Origin: Bradymonadia bacterium
GTDB lineage: Bacteria; Myxococcota_A; Bradymonadia; UBA7976; UBA1532
Direction: 5' to 3'
DNA length: 64,000 bases
NCBI GenBank assembly: GCA_046290225.1
Contig: JBKAGE010000035.1
Location: 320,001 to 384,000 of the forward strand
Shown here: one piece after another, positions 41,481-51,553 of the stretch
How the letters are laid out: every line of letters begins with the position of its first letter
Numbering within the stretch: the first letter of the stretch is position 1
Program-made: the position numbers and the translations under genes
The notes under the pieces: model-generated
Databases searched by the model: none
Seen by the model: the letters and a program-made list of their open reading frames with translations, nothing else
Told to the model about the DNA's origin: nothing

Positions 41481-41933
41481 TCAAGTGCTCTGCCGCTGCA
41501 CGCGATTGCGTATGCGCCGTGCCAGCCCGCCGATCACCGAGACAGCCACAGCATCATAGCGGCCTTGGCGCATCACCCTGCCCTGGCGGCGGAGCGTGAT
41601 CACTCGCCCCAAGATTTGGTGGGCCTCGAACCAACCATCGATGGTCGGCAACGCGTCGCCTTTGACACACACGCGTCCGCCGGGCAGGGCGCAAATCACG
41701 CGGTGGACGATGCCCAGCTCACCGACGTCGAGCAGTACGACTTCACCTAACTTCGGGGGCGCGCTCAAGGGCGCGATGGTGACCTGATCGCCATGACGCA
41801 GATAGGGGCGCATCGAGGCGCCGAGGGCGGTAAAGGTAAAAGGCTGGCCGCGACTCAACGCCTCGCGGGCCATCTCGGCAGCAGCGGTCTGGAGGGCGGG
41901 ATCATCCCGAGTGCTGACAGGTGATCGAATCAC
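41481..41933 (-). CDS. S24/S26 family peptidase (Ser-His type)
   Basis: GASMRP.L..GD, IVHRV, VKGDA, ILGRV; GTG start overlaps the radical SAM stop (GTGA). Confidence 0.8.
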   Translation of the reverse strand: MIRSPVSTRDDPALQTAAAEMAREALSRGQPFTFTALGASMRPYLRHGDQVTIAPLSAPPKLGEVVLLDVGELGIVHRVICALPGGRVCVKGDALPTIDGWFEAHQILGRVITLRRQGRVMRQGRYDAVAVSVIGGLARRIRNRVQRQST

Positions 41934-43171
41934 CGGGCCCGGGGCTCGCCGATCTGCACCAGGGAGACACCATCGTCGCCTCGAGGGCGCAGGCGATGGC
42001 CCGGGCGAGCCATGCCGTGTCGCCGAGCAGCCCACTGACGCTCGGCGAAGGTGGGCCGAGATGCGAAGAGCTCACCTTCGTCGCCGGGGGCCGGCACCGG
42101 CTCGTCGGTCTCGTTGAGGCGGTCCATGTAATCCATGGCAGCCATGGTCAGATGGGTACGCTCGCAGACATAGGCGCTGCGACGATCAGCCTGCTCGGTT
42201 TCGGCGTGGGAGATGCCCGGGCAGTAACCGCACTTGCCGTGGAATCCGCAGCCCTCGCAGTCCTGCAGATAGTTCGCCCGCTTCAGCTCCCGCTGCTTCT
42301 TCACCGTGGGGTGATGCCACCAGAGCTCGGCGAAGCTGTGCTCTCGCAGACCCCCGATGGGCTCCCGCCAGTTGATGCAGGGGTAGAGCTCGCCATCAGG
42401 GGAGATGTAGCCCGCGGTGTGGGCCGCCGAGCAGGTGTTCCCCGAGCTGGGCACGTCGGGCATCTCGTGGGCGGGCCTGATCTCGTCGCGACGACTCTCC
42501 ATGCCCTTCATCACCGCGAGGATACGCTCCGGGTGAGTGAGACCGATGCCCGTGAGGGCGAAGTCGGACTGATCGTCGGGCATGATGTGGCCGTCGATGA
42601 CCCACTCACAATCGTACGTTTTGGCGATGGCCTCGACGGTGTGCCAGTCGGTCCGGTTGTGCACCATGACCGGTGTCTTGAGCTGCACCTTCACCCCACG
42701 CTCTCTGAGGCGGCGGGCGGCGTCGATGGTCTTCTGATGACTGCCGGGAATCCGCGTCACCGCCTCGTGGGCTTCGGGGCCGCCGGAATACAGCGACATG
42801 GCCACGCACGACACCCCCATGTCGGCGAGATCATCGGCGAGGGCATCGTCGATGAAGTTGCCGTGGGTGATGATCTTCACGTCGAACTGACGATCCCGGG
42901 CGGCCCGCAGCACCTTGGCGGCGTCGGGCCTCAGGAAGAGATCACCCCCGCTGAACAACAAGAACATGCACCCGGCTTCGGCGAGCTGGTCGAGCACGTC
43001 GACGCACTCGTCATAGGTCAGCTCGTGCTTGCGCCGATCAGTGAGATAGCAGTGCACGCACTTGTGATCGCAGCGCCAGGTGATGTCCCAGTGGATGCGC
43101 ACGGGGATGTTCAGGTCATAGGCCTGCTTGAAGATATCTGGCGGTACGCCTTCAGCGCCGCAGGCAGCCAT
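41930..43171 (-). CDS. Radical SAM/SPASM domain enzyme (peptide maturase type)
   Basis: CDHKCVHC (CX3CX2C), FSGGD; SPASM C...G-x4-C...CEGC-x5-C-x2-C...C; AAGGAGG RBS. Confidence 0.92.
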   Translation of the reverse strand: MAACGAEGVPPDIFKQAYDLNIPVRIHWDITWRCDHKCVHCYLTDRRKHELTYDECVDVLDQLAEAGCMFLLFSGGDLFLRPDAAKVLRAARDRQFDVKIITHGNFIDDALADDLADMGVSCVAMSLYSGGPEAHEAVTRIPGSHQKTIDAARRLRERGVKVQLKTPVMVHNRTDWHTVEAIAKTYDCEWVIDGHIMPDDQSDFALTGIGLTHPERILAVMKGMESRRDEIRPAHEMPDVPSSGNTCSAAHTAGYISPDGELYPCINWREPIGGLREHSFAELWWHHPTVKKQRELKRANYLQDCEGCGFHGKCGYCPGISHAETEQADRRSAYVCERTHLTMAAMDYMDRLNETDEPVPAPGDEGELFASRPTFAERQWAARRHGMARPGHRLRPRGDDGVSLVQIGEPRAR

Positions 43172-44085
43172 GGGCCCTCCTTGGGGAACTCCAGCCGTAT
43201 GGGGTCGACCCGCGAGACGAGATCACAGGCCAGCCCAAATGCAGCCCCCCGAGTTGCGGGGGCGTTGTCGTAGACTGTCACACAGCGCAACAGCCAGGCC
43301 ACAGCCTCGTCGTCGGCGAGGGGACCGAGGGCCACCTGGGTGGCCTTCACCGGCCGGGTCATCACCGCGATGGGCGCCCCTCTGGGGTTCAAAGGCAATG
43401 TGCGCCCCTGACTCCAGAAGGGTGTACCCCAGGCGATGTAGCCCGCCCCGTCTCCCCGTGGTCTCACCGCCACGATCTCGTCGGCGAGCACGTGATCGAA
43501 GCCCGCCTCTCGAGCGATGGTGCTTTTGCCCGTGCCCGAAGGCCCGGGGTTGAGCCACGCGTGGCCATCGACCACACCTGCTGATCCGTGAATCAGGCCG
43601 CCGCCTTCTCGAAGCAGCAGCGCGCTCAACACCAGCTGGACCACCGCCCAGATCTCACCCCGACTGCCATCCATCCAGGTCACCCCGGTGGTGCCGTCGG
43701 CGCTCAGCTCGAGGCGTACATCCTCTCGCCAGTAGCAAAACTGCGTGCCGTCTATGGAGTTGGAGTCGCCAGCAGCTGTTCGAGTCTCACCAAGTGTGTG
43801 ATTTGAGCTGTTTTTCTGGCTCAGAGCTTCACCCATGGGGACCGGCCAGCACTCGACGACGCGCACCTCCACACAACAGGTCAAGGGCACACAGTGCAGG
43901 GCTCCATGAGATGAATACGCCTGTGCACCCTCTCCGACAGCTTCGGCAAGACCGTTGCCTGACTCAACAAAACAATCGAGGGCCTCGGCACCGAGGGGGG
44001 TGCCGAAGAAGATGTCCGTGAGGCCTTCACCATAGAGGGTGAGAGCGACACCGGCGATGTGGAGGGTGATGGATGTGGGGGGCAA
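43111..44085 (-). CDS. HprK-related P-loop kinase-like protein
   Basis: IHGSAGV.DG, GPSGTGKST, LADE, AWGTPFW; TTG start 1 nt after the precursor stop (inferred). Confidence 0.78.
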   Translation of the reverse strand: MPPTSITLHIAGVALTLYGEGLTDIFFGTPLGAEALDCFVESGNGLAEAVGEGAQAYSSHGALHCVPLTCCVEVRVVECWPVPMGEALSQKNSSNHTLGETRTAAGDSNSIDGTQFCYWREDVRLELSADGTTGVTWMDGSRGEIWAVVQLVLSALLLREGGGLIHGSAGVVDGHAWLNPGPSGTGKSTIAREAGFDHVLADEIVAVRPRGDGAGYIAWGTPFWSQGRTLPLNPRGAPIAVMTRPVKATQVALGPLADDEAVAWLLRCVTVYDNAPATRGAAFGLACDLVSRVDPIRLEFPKEGPWLPAALKAYRQISSSRPMT

Positions 44086-44086
44086 C

Positions 44087-44290
44087 TCAGGACTGCAGGT
44101 TGCAGCCAAAGGGGGGCGGGCCGGGGGTGATGTTGAGGGCGCCACACGACAGGGCCGCGCGCTCGAAGACTACGCTGGTGACGAAGCCAGGCTTCTCGTA
44201 GGCCCGACGGGTCTCGGGGGTGCCGAGATCATCGTCGTGCTGGATCTCGTGATCCTGTTCGAATTCGGGCTGACGCTGCTCGTCGCTCAT
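44087..44290 (-). CDS. Putative RiPP precursor peptide (67 aa)
   Basis: GAGAGGAG RBS; acidic N-terminus, RRAYEKP (YxxP), VFERAALSCG...C; lies between the giant gene and the kinase. Confidence 0.78.
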   Translation of the reverse strand: MSDEQRQPEFEQDHEIQHDDDLGTPETRRAYEKPGFVTSVVFERAALSCGALNITPGPPPFGCNLQS

Positions 44291-44314
44291 GTGTTCGCTC
44301 CTCTCAGGAAGACC

Positions 44315-47300
44315 TTAGTAGAAGATCACCACCCGTAGGGTACCACCGGGCTCTTTATATACGATGCCGAAGTCTGCGTAACCGGTGGCATCGCCGTCAA
44401 AGTTCCCCAGGCCAGCGACCCCGATCTTGTGTCGGGCGGGGCTCGACAGGGTGAAGTCGACGCCGCGAGGCGTCTCCACCGCGTCGGTCCCGAACATACC
44501 GCTGCCGTCGTTGAAGTACACCCACGCGTCGAGATCGGGGTTGTCGATGTAGTTGTTGTGGCTCACCACCAGGTCCACGAAGCCGTCGGCGTTGATGTCG
44601 CCGGCGAGGTCGAAGATGGCGCCGTAGTTCTGCACACCGCGGCCGAAGCAGTCGGTGCTGTTCTGATCCTCGTCCCAGACCGACAAGCGACGTGAGACGC
44701 GATCGCCGACGACGAAGTCACCGCCGCCGTTGGCGTCACCGGTCAGATCGGCCCCACCGACGATGGAGCTGCCGAAGCTGCTCTGCGCTGCAGGACAGGG
44801 ATTGGCGAGGGCGAACGTTGTGGTCTCTGCAACGTTGTAGGCGTAGTTCTCGGGCAGATCGTTGGCGCCGTAGAAGACGTACACCCCAGTCCAGTTGGTG
44901 GGGGAGTCGCCCACGCTCACGGCGACATCGTCGAGACCGTCGTTGTTGAGATCACCCACCGTCGAGGACGAGGCGCCCATGTTCTGAGCCCCCGTTACCG
45001 AGATACGGGTGATGCCGTTGCCTGCGTCGAAGGCGGTGGCGTCAATGGTGGCGGGCCACGCTCCACGGCCAGCGATGACGAAGGCCTCGTCACCGGCCCG
45101 ACCGTCGAAGGCGCTGGAGCCGCCGATGAGGATGTCGTTGTAGGTCACCCCAGCCACCGTGTCGGCGTTGAGCTGGTTGAAGTTGCCCGCAGCGCCCACC
45201 CAGGTGATGTAGCGGCCGGGCACGGTGATCACAGAGTCCACCGTGGCCAGCTCCACAGGATCCGCCGAGCCAAAGTACACACCCACCGTACCGCCGAAGC
45301 CCACGGCGAAGTCCACACCGGTGATGGCGAAGTCGTCGAGACCGTCACCATTGATGTCGCCGAGACCAGTGGTCTGCAGGCCGTACTGGATCACGGGTAC
45401 GGCGCCCACGGTGGCGACGTCGAGCTCCACCGTGGAGATGCCCGCAGGATCAGCGGCACCGAGGACGATGGCGGTCTGGCTGAACTCGAAGGCGAAGGAG
45501 CCGTCGTACTGCACAGCACCCACCAACGCATCACCCCGACCATCGCCGTTCACGTCGCCCACGCTGGTGAGCAACGAAGCGGTGTTCAGGAAGTTGTCGT
45601 TGTCCCAGGCGACGTCGTTGCGGGGCGTCAGCTCCACAACAGCCTGGTTCAAAGTGACGTCCACCTCGATATTGGCCAGGTCACCCATACGGCCCACGTC
45701 GTCCATGGCACGCACGGCCACCTGATGCACCCCGTTGAGGGGGAGCAGGGCGTCGAGGGTGATGCTCTCCGCAGCGCCCGCATCAGCGGTGGCGGCGAAG
45801 GTGCCCAGATCAGTGGCTACATCCCAGGCGCCCTCGTCGGCGATGGCGGCAGCGGCATAGCGCACGGCGTACTGAGACACGCGGTCACCACCGGCGCCGT
45901 CATCACCAGGGGCGGTGAAGTTCAGCTGCACCGTGGGACGGCGGGGGTGAGTGACGGCTGCGGCGAGATCCCCAATGGCCGCAGGGGCCTCGGGGTCGAT
46001 GTTCACGTTCCGCGTGGTGCAGGCCTCGTTGCTGGCGGCGTCGCTCACACAGACCCGCAGCGCCACAGCGCCTGCAGGCACGGTCACACCGGCGAAGGTC
46101 ACGTTGGAGGGGTTCGCAGCGTTCACGGCCACGGGGCCCGCAGTCTGAATGCCGTTCACCTCGAGGTTGGCGGTCCGGTTGCTGCCATCGGTGGCCTCGT
46201 TCACCTGAGCCACGATGGTGATCTGCTGACCGGGGGTGCCGGCATCGTCGTCAGTGAGCACAGCGGCGCCGTCGGCGGGGCTGGTGACGCTCACCTGAGG
46301 GGCCTCGATGTCCACCAAGATGGACTGACCCAGCGACAGGGTGTCGTTGCCGTCGAGGCTGGCCCGCAGCTGCAGGATCGAATCCCCCGCAGGCAGCGCC
46401 ACGTCGGCGAAGCTCACGAAGCCGCCGTTCACAGCCACAGGGCCAGCGATGACCTGGCCATCCGCGAGCAGGTTTACGTCGGCGTTGAGGCAGTTGGGAT
46501 CAAAGAGGTCCACGGCACCCTCGACGGTGCGCACCAGGGTGTTGCCCTGCACATTGCCGTCTGCGGGGCCGAGGATGGCCGGCGCGCCGACGATGCCCTG
46601 GATCTGGCTGAAGCAGCCGTCGATCTCCACCTGTACGTTCACCGGCGTCGAGGCCCCAGGGTTACCGCAGGCGTCTTCGACGCGTGCCACGAGGTCGAGG
46701 CTGCCCGGGGGCAGGGTGAAGGTGGTGTTGATGGCGCCGTTGAGACCTGCAGGCACATCGAGCTGGGCCGGGGTGGTGGTGATCTGCTGCTCACCGTTGA
46801 ACACCCGGATGATCTGCCCCGCCTCGATGGCGTTGCGATCGGCGAAGTCGAGCGAAGCAGCCACCTGGAAGCCGTCGGCGGCGTTGCCGTTCGCGTCGTC
46901 GTCCGCGGTGAAGCTGCTCTGGTCAGCAGGGCTGGCGATGAGCGGCTCCGGCGCCTGCGTGTCGACCTCGAAGGGGATGGCGTTCACGGTGGCGGCGTTG
47001 CCACAATCATCGGCCACGGTGACCTCGACGTTGTAGACGCCATCGGCCACGGTGAAGTTCGGGAAGGTCATCAGACCACCACCGGACTGAGCGTTGATGG
47101 CGTTGCCGCCGTCGATGGTCAACGTGCCGTCGAGGGTCTCGCCAGCCTCACCACCAGGGGTCACCTGCAGCGCGTACTGGAAGGCGTCCTCTGCATCGCC
47201 ATCGGCAGCAGCGTTGAGGCAGCTGTTCGCCGCGAGGTTCACCACAGCGGGGGTGGGCACCACGGTGTTGATGCGCACCGCCTGATCGACGAGCTCGGGG

Positions 47301-50300
47301 GTGCCGAGGGCCGGCAGCAGGTTGCCGGCCTCGTCTGCGCCCGTGACGTAGAGCGTGTACTGACCGGGATCGAGCTCCACAGGAATGCTCACCGAGCCGT
47401 TGGACACCGTACCGCTGCCGAGCAGCGCCTCGGCCCCAGCCTGGCGTACGCGCACCGCACGGCCGTCTTCCATGCCGTCCACCGCCACAGTGACCGAGAA
47501 CTGGGCTCGATCCCCTGCAGAGGCGGCGTTGGTCCGCTCGCCGCGGTTCACACAGGCATCGGCGTTGGCATCTTGATCGATGGTGATGGTCTCCACCGTC
47601 GGCGCGCTGCAGTCTGCCACCACCGTGATGGGATCAGAGACCACCCGCTGACCGAAGACCCCCACCACGGTGAGGGTGTGGGTGCCGTTCCCCAGGTTGA
47701 GGGGGCACTCGAAGACCTCGGCAGAGTTGCCCTGAATCGCGCAGGCACCGTTGAGGGCCGACGACTGACCGTCGCAGGCAGCAGGACCGTCGCCCTGAGC
47801 GAAGTTGGTGCACACGTAGAATTCGGCATCAGCGCCAAGGCCACGGGTCTGACCGAGCAGGTTCAGCTGGCAACCCTCGACCTCGGGCTGAGCGTCCTCG
47901 TTCACCAGGACCGTAGAGCCGTCGCCGGGCGCGTTCACCACGATGGCAGCGCCGGGATCGACCACGAAGTCCACCGGGGTCTGGGTCTGGTTGCCACAGG
48001 TGTCGGAGACCGTAGCGGTGAAGCTGAGATCGCCGAGGGGCATGGTGTAGCGGTCGAGAGAGACCTGGCTGCACTCGCCAGCGCCCACCACCCGGGTCAG
48101 GGGCTCGTCACCCACGAGGGCATCAGGGTTGCTGGTGAAGGCGATGGTCTGACCCGCGGCGCCACAGACGTTCACGCGGGGCGTCACCTGGATACCGGCG
48201 GCATCAGGCACGTCGCGGAGGTCTTCGTCGTCGAAGTCGTTGAGGGTCTGACCAGGCGTAGGCTTGAGGAAGCCCACGAGGGGGGCCACCCGATCCACCT
48301 GAACCGCCGCCTGATCGTTCACGCTCTGGCCCGCAGCGTCGGCCACCGAAGCGACCATCGTGCAGTTGGCCTCGTCGGGCAGCGACAGGGGCTGGAAGTC
48401 GATGAAGCCCAGGTTGTCGACGGTGCCCGTCACCGAGATCGGCTCGCCACCATCACAGGTGGCCTCGAGCGTGGCCACCTGACCAGTATCGACGCGCTCG
48501 GTGATGGCGGTCACCGCGAACTGGAAGCCGGGCTCGGCGCTGGCGTCGGCTACCTGGCCGTTCACGCAGTCACCAAAGGCAGGCAGCTCGATGCTCGGGG
48601 GCACGAGGCGAATCGCCACAGTGATTTGCGGCCCTGCAGAGGTGCCGTCGTCGAGGCGGCCCTGCATGTTGAAGGTGTACTCCGACTCGGCGTCGGGCGG
48701 CACCGTCACCGTCACCGGGAACGACACGTTGCCGTCAGCGTCGACAGCGCGAGCGGGCAACACAGTCTCCTGCTCACCCTCGGTGACGATGAGCTCCACC
48801 CGAGCACCCTCGGGCAGGTTGGAGTCGATGTTGGCCGTAAGCTGGAAGCCTTCGACCTCCGGGTTCAAGTCTGCACCGAGGGCGAGGCTGCTGCCATCGG
48901 CGGGATCGACGATCTGAATACGAGGCGTACCGCACACCGCGGTCACCGTGGTCTCGACCGTCGTCTCGTTGCCCGCGCAGTCCTGAGCCCGCATCGAGAA
49001 GGTGTTCTCACCATCGAGCAAGGTCTCGCTCATGGTGGTGGCCACCCCATCGACGACGGCGGCGCAGCGCTCGGCGGCGCCGTTGAGGCGATAGCACACC
49101 TCGGCGACGTTGGGATCGACCACCGCCAACTCGAAGCCGGTCTGGATGCAGTCGGAGAGATCGCCATTGTCATCGTCACCGATGAGCAGGACCGAGCCAG
49201 GTGCCGGACTCTGCAGGCTCACCTCGGGATCAGTCGTATCCACGGTGAAGGCGATGGGCTCGACAGGATCGATGGGCACAGCGTTGCCACCGATGATGGT
49301 GCCGGCCACAGCCACCGTGTAGTCACCCTCGGGCAACACATCAGTGCCCTCGTCGACGCCGAGGCGGATCGACCAGGCCTCGTTGCCGCCGGCGATCAGA
49401 TCGAGGGTCTCGCTGTCACCGCCACCGGCAGGGGTGAAGGTGGCGGTGAAGGCCGCCTGATTCTCGGCGAGGTTCTGACCGCTGCCGCCCACGAAGACCT
49501 GCCCGTCTGCAAAGCACTGGCTCGCGTTGGGGCTGGTGACTTGGAACGAAGGCGTGTCGAGGACCACGAAGTAATCCTGAGGCACCTCCTGGGTGCCCGC
49601 AGGGTTCGGCGAAGCATCGGCGGTGGCGCGGCAACCGAGGCTGCCAGCGTCGGCGCCGCGGAAGGTGGCCACCACGTTGGCGCCGCCATCAACCAGATCA
49701 GAGCGACGGATGCGATCACCCGGCAAGGTGAAGCGGCTGCTGTAGTTCTGGTTGGGGCGACGACATTCGATGTAGATGTCGTAATCGACCTCAGCGGGCC
49801 GATCGTCCACCACGGTGATGGCCATGGGCACCTGGATGCCCTCATCCTCGGCGGCATCACCAGGGCGAGCATCATTCGCGGTCGTGAAGACCGAGCCACC
49901 TGCAGGGCTCACCAGCCGGATGTCGGGCTGAGTGGAGTCGAAGCAGACCTCGTACTCCACCGAGGTGTTGTTGCCGCAGTCGTCTGCAGCGGTGAGGGTC
50001 AGGGTGCGGCCGCACACATAACCCGCCACCTCCACAGGGATGCTGAAGGCGCCCTCGGCACCCACAGTAAAGTCACCATTGCGGAAGCTGGGCAACGCAG
50101 GCTCGAAGGCCGCGGTGATGTTGGCACCCTCAGGCAGCCCTTCCACGGTGCCTGTGAAGGTCACCCGCATACCGCCTTCGGGCAGCGCCTCACCGTCAGC
50201 GACGGCGAGCACGTTCTCTCGGAGGGGGCTGAGCTGGTCAGAGTTGATGACCGGGGCGCTGGCATCGACATTGTAGGTGATCTCGGCGGCTTCACCGGCG

Positions 50301-51343
50301 AGGCCCGACTGCGTGCTGCCCTGGGCCGAGACCGTGTTGGCCCCCTCGTTCAGGGTGATGAGGGCCGAAGCCGTGCCATCGACGACGTCGATGCCGGGCT
50401 GAGCCTCACCATTCACCATGAAGACCACCCGGCCACAGGTGCTCGAAGCCTGCACGTTCACCTGTACCCCGTCGATGTCGGGATCAGCATCGGCGGTGGC
50501 GTCGAAGTCACAGACCCCCTCAGTGGGCTCGGGGCTCAGGGTCACCGCACATGCGGTGACGTCTACGGTGACCGAGGCCTCGGCGATGACGCGCTCACCC
50601 TCCACAGTCTCTGCAGAGGCGATGAGGGCCACAGCGGTCTCGGCATCACCGGTGATCGGCAGGGCCACATTCTCAAAGGTGGCGTTGCCGTCAGCCAGCT
50701 CAGCGGTCCCTGCAGGGGCCCCGGCGATGGTCAGCTCCACCGTACCTGCAGGGAGATTCTCCGCAGCGACGGTGATGTTGGTCTGCAGACCGTTGTCGAG
50801 GGTGCCATCGAGATCGTCAGCGGCGGTGAACACCGTCTGATCTGCGGGGTTGGCGAAGGCCAGAGTCGGCGTGGGATTCGCCGGCACACATGCTGGATCC
50901 TCAGCATCAAAGCTGGTGTTTACGCTGACTGTAGCCGTGCTCACGACCGCGTCATCGCGCACGAGCTCCGCCACAAGGTTCACACCATCCTGCACCGGCA
51001 GGGGGAATCCTCCGAAGAGCACCCGGCCCGATGCGGGCACGGGCTGCGTCACCGGCTCGGCGTCGCCCTCGGAGATGCTCAACCGCAGCTGCAGGCCCTC
51101 GTTGGAGGCCCCTGAAAGGCGCACCAGCAGCGACACGTTGTATTCGATCGTGTCCTGGGTCTCGAGGTTCTGGTCGTCGGCGCAGGTGATGGCCTGACCA
51201 TTGGTCTCGGGGGTGACGAACTGCGCTTGGAGGCCGTTGCCTCCACTGCTGCTGCCCCCACCGTCATCACAGGCGCCGAGGCCCGCTGTCGCCGCCGCCA
51301 TCCATGCGAGCGGCTGCCAGTATCGTGACTGGAATCTCTTCAT
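44315..51343 (-). CDS. Giant (2342 aa) surface lipoprotein: Ig-like/Big repeats, FN3-like domain, C-terminal FG-GAP repeats
   Basis: LGAC lipobox; at least 11 P.DG...D.D...G.Q repeat motifs; FTAPGDD...Y.VRY; GDVNGDG, GDINGDG, GDLNNDG, GDINADG, GNFDGD. Confidence 0.88.
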   Translation of the reverse strand: MKRFQSRYWQPLAWMAAATAGLGACDDGGGSSSGGNGLQAQFVTPETNGQAITCADDQNLETQDTIEYNVSLLVRLSGASNEGLQLRLSISEGDAEPVTQPVPASGRVLFGGFPLPVQDGVNLVAELVRDDAVVSTATVSVNTSFDAEDPACVPANPTPTLAFANPADQTVFTAADDLDGTLDNGLQTNITVAAENLPAGTVELTIAGAPAGTAELADGNATFENVALPITGDAETAVALIASAETVEGERVIAEASVTVDVTACAVTLSPEPTEGVCDFDATADADPDIDGVQVNVQASSTCGRVVFMVNGEAQPGIDVVDGTASALITLNEGANTVSAQGSTQSGLAGEAAEITYNVDASAPVINSDQLSPLRENVLAVADGEALPEGGMRVTFTGTVEGLPEGANITAAFEPALPSFRNGDFTVGAEGAFSIPVEVAGYVCGRTLTLTAADDCGNNTSVEYEVCFDSTQPDIRLVSPAGGSVFTTANDARPGDAAEDEGIQVPMAITVVDDRPAEVDYDIYIECRRPNQNYSSRFTLPGDRIRRSDLVDGGANVVATFRGADAGSLGCRATADASPNPAGTQEVPQDYFVVLDTPSFQVTSPNASQCFADGQVFVGGSGQNLAENQAAFTATFTPAGGGDSETLDLIAGGNEAWSIRLGVDEGTDVLPEGDYTVAVAGTIIGGNAVPIDPVEPIAFTVDTTDPEVSLQSPAPGSVLLIGDDDNGDLSDCIQTGFELAVVDPNVAEVCYRLNGAAERCAAVVDGVATTMSETLLDGENTFSMRAQDCAGNETTVETTVTAVCGTPRIQIVDPADGSSLALGADLNPEVEGFQLTANIDSNLPEGARVELIVTEGEQETVLPARAVDADGNVSFPVTVTVPPDAESEYTFNMQGRLDDGTSAGPQITVAIRLVPPSIELPAFGDCVNGQVADASAEPGFQFAVTAITERVDTGQVATLEATCDGGEPISVTGTVDNLGFIDFQPLSLPDEANCTMVASVADAAGQSVNDQAAVQVDRVAPLVGFLKPTPGQTLNDFDDEDLRDVPDAAGIQVTPRVNVCGAAGQTIAFTSNPDALVGDEPLTRVVGAGECSQVSLDRYTMPLGDLSFTATVSDTCGNQTQTPVDFVVDPGAAIVVNAPGDGSTVLVNEDAQPEVEGCQLNLLGQTRGLGADAEFYVCTNFAQGDGPAACDGQSSALNGACAIQGNSAEVFECPLNLGNGTHTLTVVGVFGQRVVSDPITVVADCSAPTVETITIDQDANADACVNRGERTNAASAGDRAQFSVTVAVDGMEDGRAVRVRQAGAEALLGSGTVSNGSVSIPVELDPGQYTLYVTGADEAGNLLPALGTPELVDQAVRINTVVPTPAVVNLAANSCLNAAADGDAEDAFQYALQVTPGGEAGETLDGTLTIDGGNAINAQSGGGLMTFPNFTVADGVYNVEVTVADDCGNAATVNAIPFEVDTQAPEPLIASPADQSSFTADDDANGNAADGFQVAASLDFADRNAIEAGQIIRVFNGEQQITTTPAQLDVPAGLNGAINTTFTLPPGSLDLVARVEDACGNPGASTPVNVQVEIDGCFSQIQGIVGAPAILGPADGNVQGNTLVRTVEGAVDLFDPNCLNADVNLLADGQVIAGPVAVNGGFVSFADVALPAGDSILQLRASLDGNDTLSLGQSILVDIEAPQVSVTSPADGAAVLTDDDAGTPGQQITIVAQVNEATDGSNRTANLEVNGIQTAGPVAVNAANPSNVTFAGVTVPAGAVALRVCVSDAASNEACTTRNVNIDPEAPAAIGDLAAAVTHPRRPTVQLNFTAPGDDGAGGDRVSQYAVRYAAAAIADEGAWDVATDLGTFAATADAGAAESITLDALLPLNGVHQVAVRAMDDVGRMGDLANIEVDVTLNQAVVELTPRNDVAWDNDNFLNTASLLTSVGDVNGDGRGDALVGAVQYDGSFAFEFSQTAIVLGAADPAGISTVELDVATVGAVPVIQYGLQTTGLGDINGDGLDDFAITGVDFAVGFGGTVGVYFGSADPVELATVDSVITVPGRYITWVGAAGNFNQLNADTVAGVTYNDILIGGSSAFDGRAGDEAFVIAGRGAWPATIDATAFDAGNGITRISVTGAQNMGASSSTVGDLNNDGLDDVAVSVGDSPTNWTGVYVFYGANDLPENYAYNVAETTTFALANPCPAAQSSFGSSIVGGADLTGDANGGGDFVVGDRVSRRLSVWDEDQNSTDCFGRGVQNYGAIFDLAGDINADGFVDLVVSHNNYIDNPDLDAWVYFNDGSGMFGTDAVETPRGVDFTLSSPARHKIGVAGLGNFDGDATGYADFGIVYKEPGGTLRVVIFY

Positions 51344-51553
51344 GGCCGAGCCCTCCGTGCTGCCCTTGCCGTTATCCGGTGGTTGTGCCGGAATGTGTGA
51401 TCGATCCGAAATTACTCAAATGCGTGGCTGTCCAGAGTGGGTCTGGTACGCCTCACCTTTACGGAGCGATGACCCATGGGCTTGACCCAGTTTGAAGATT
51501 TGCACGGTAACCCTTTTAGATAACTCAAGAACCACATTTACCCCCATCAACCT

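Noticed and set aside
45725..51115. 1796-aa plus-strand ORF
   Set aside because: Antisense shadow of the giant lipoprotein gene; His/Arg/Gly-rich with no motifs, as expected from GC3 bias
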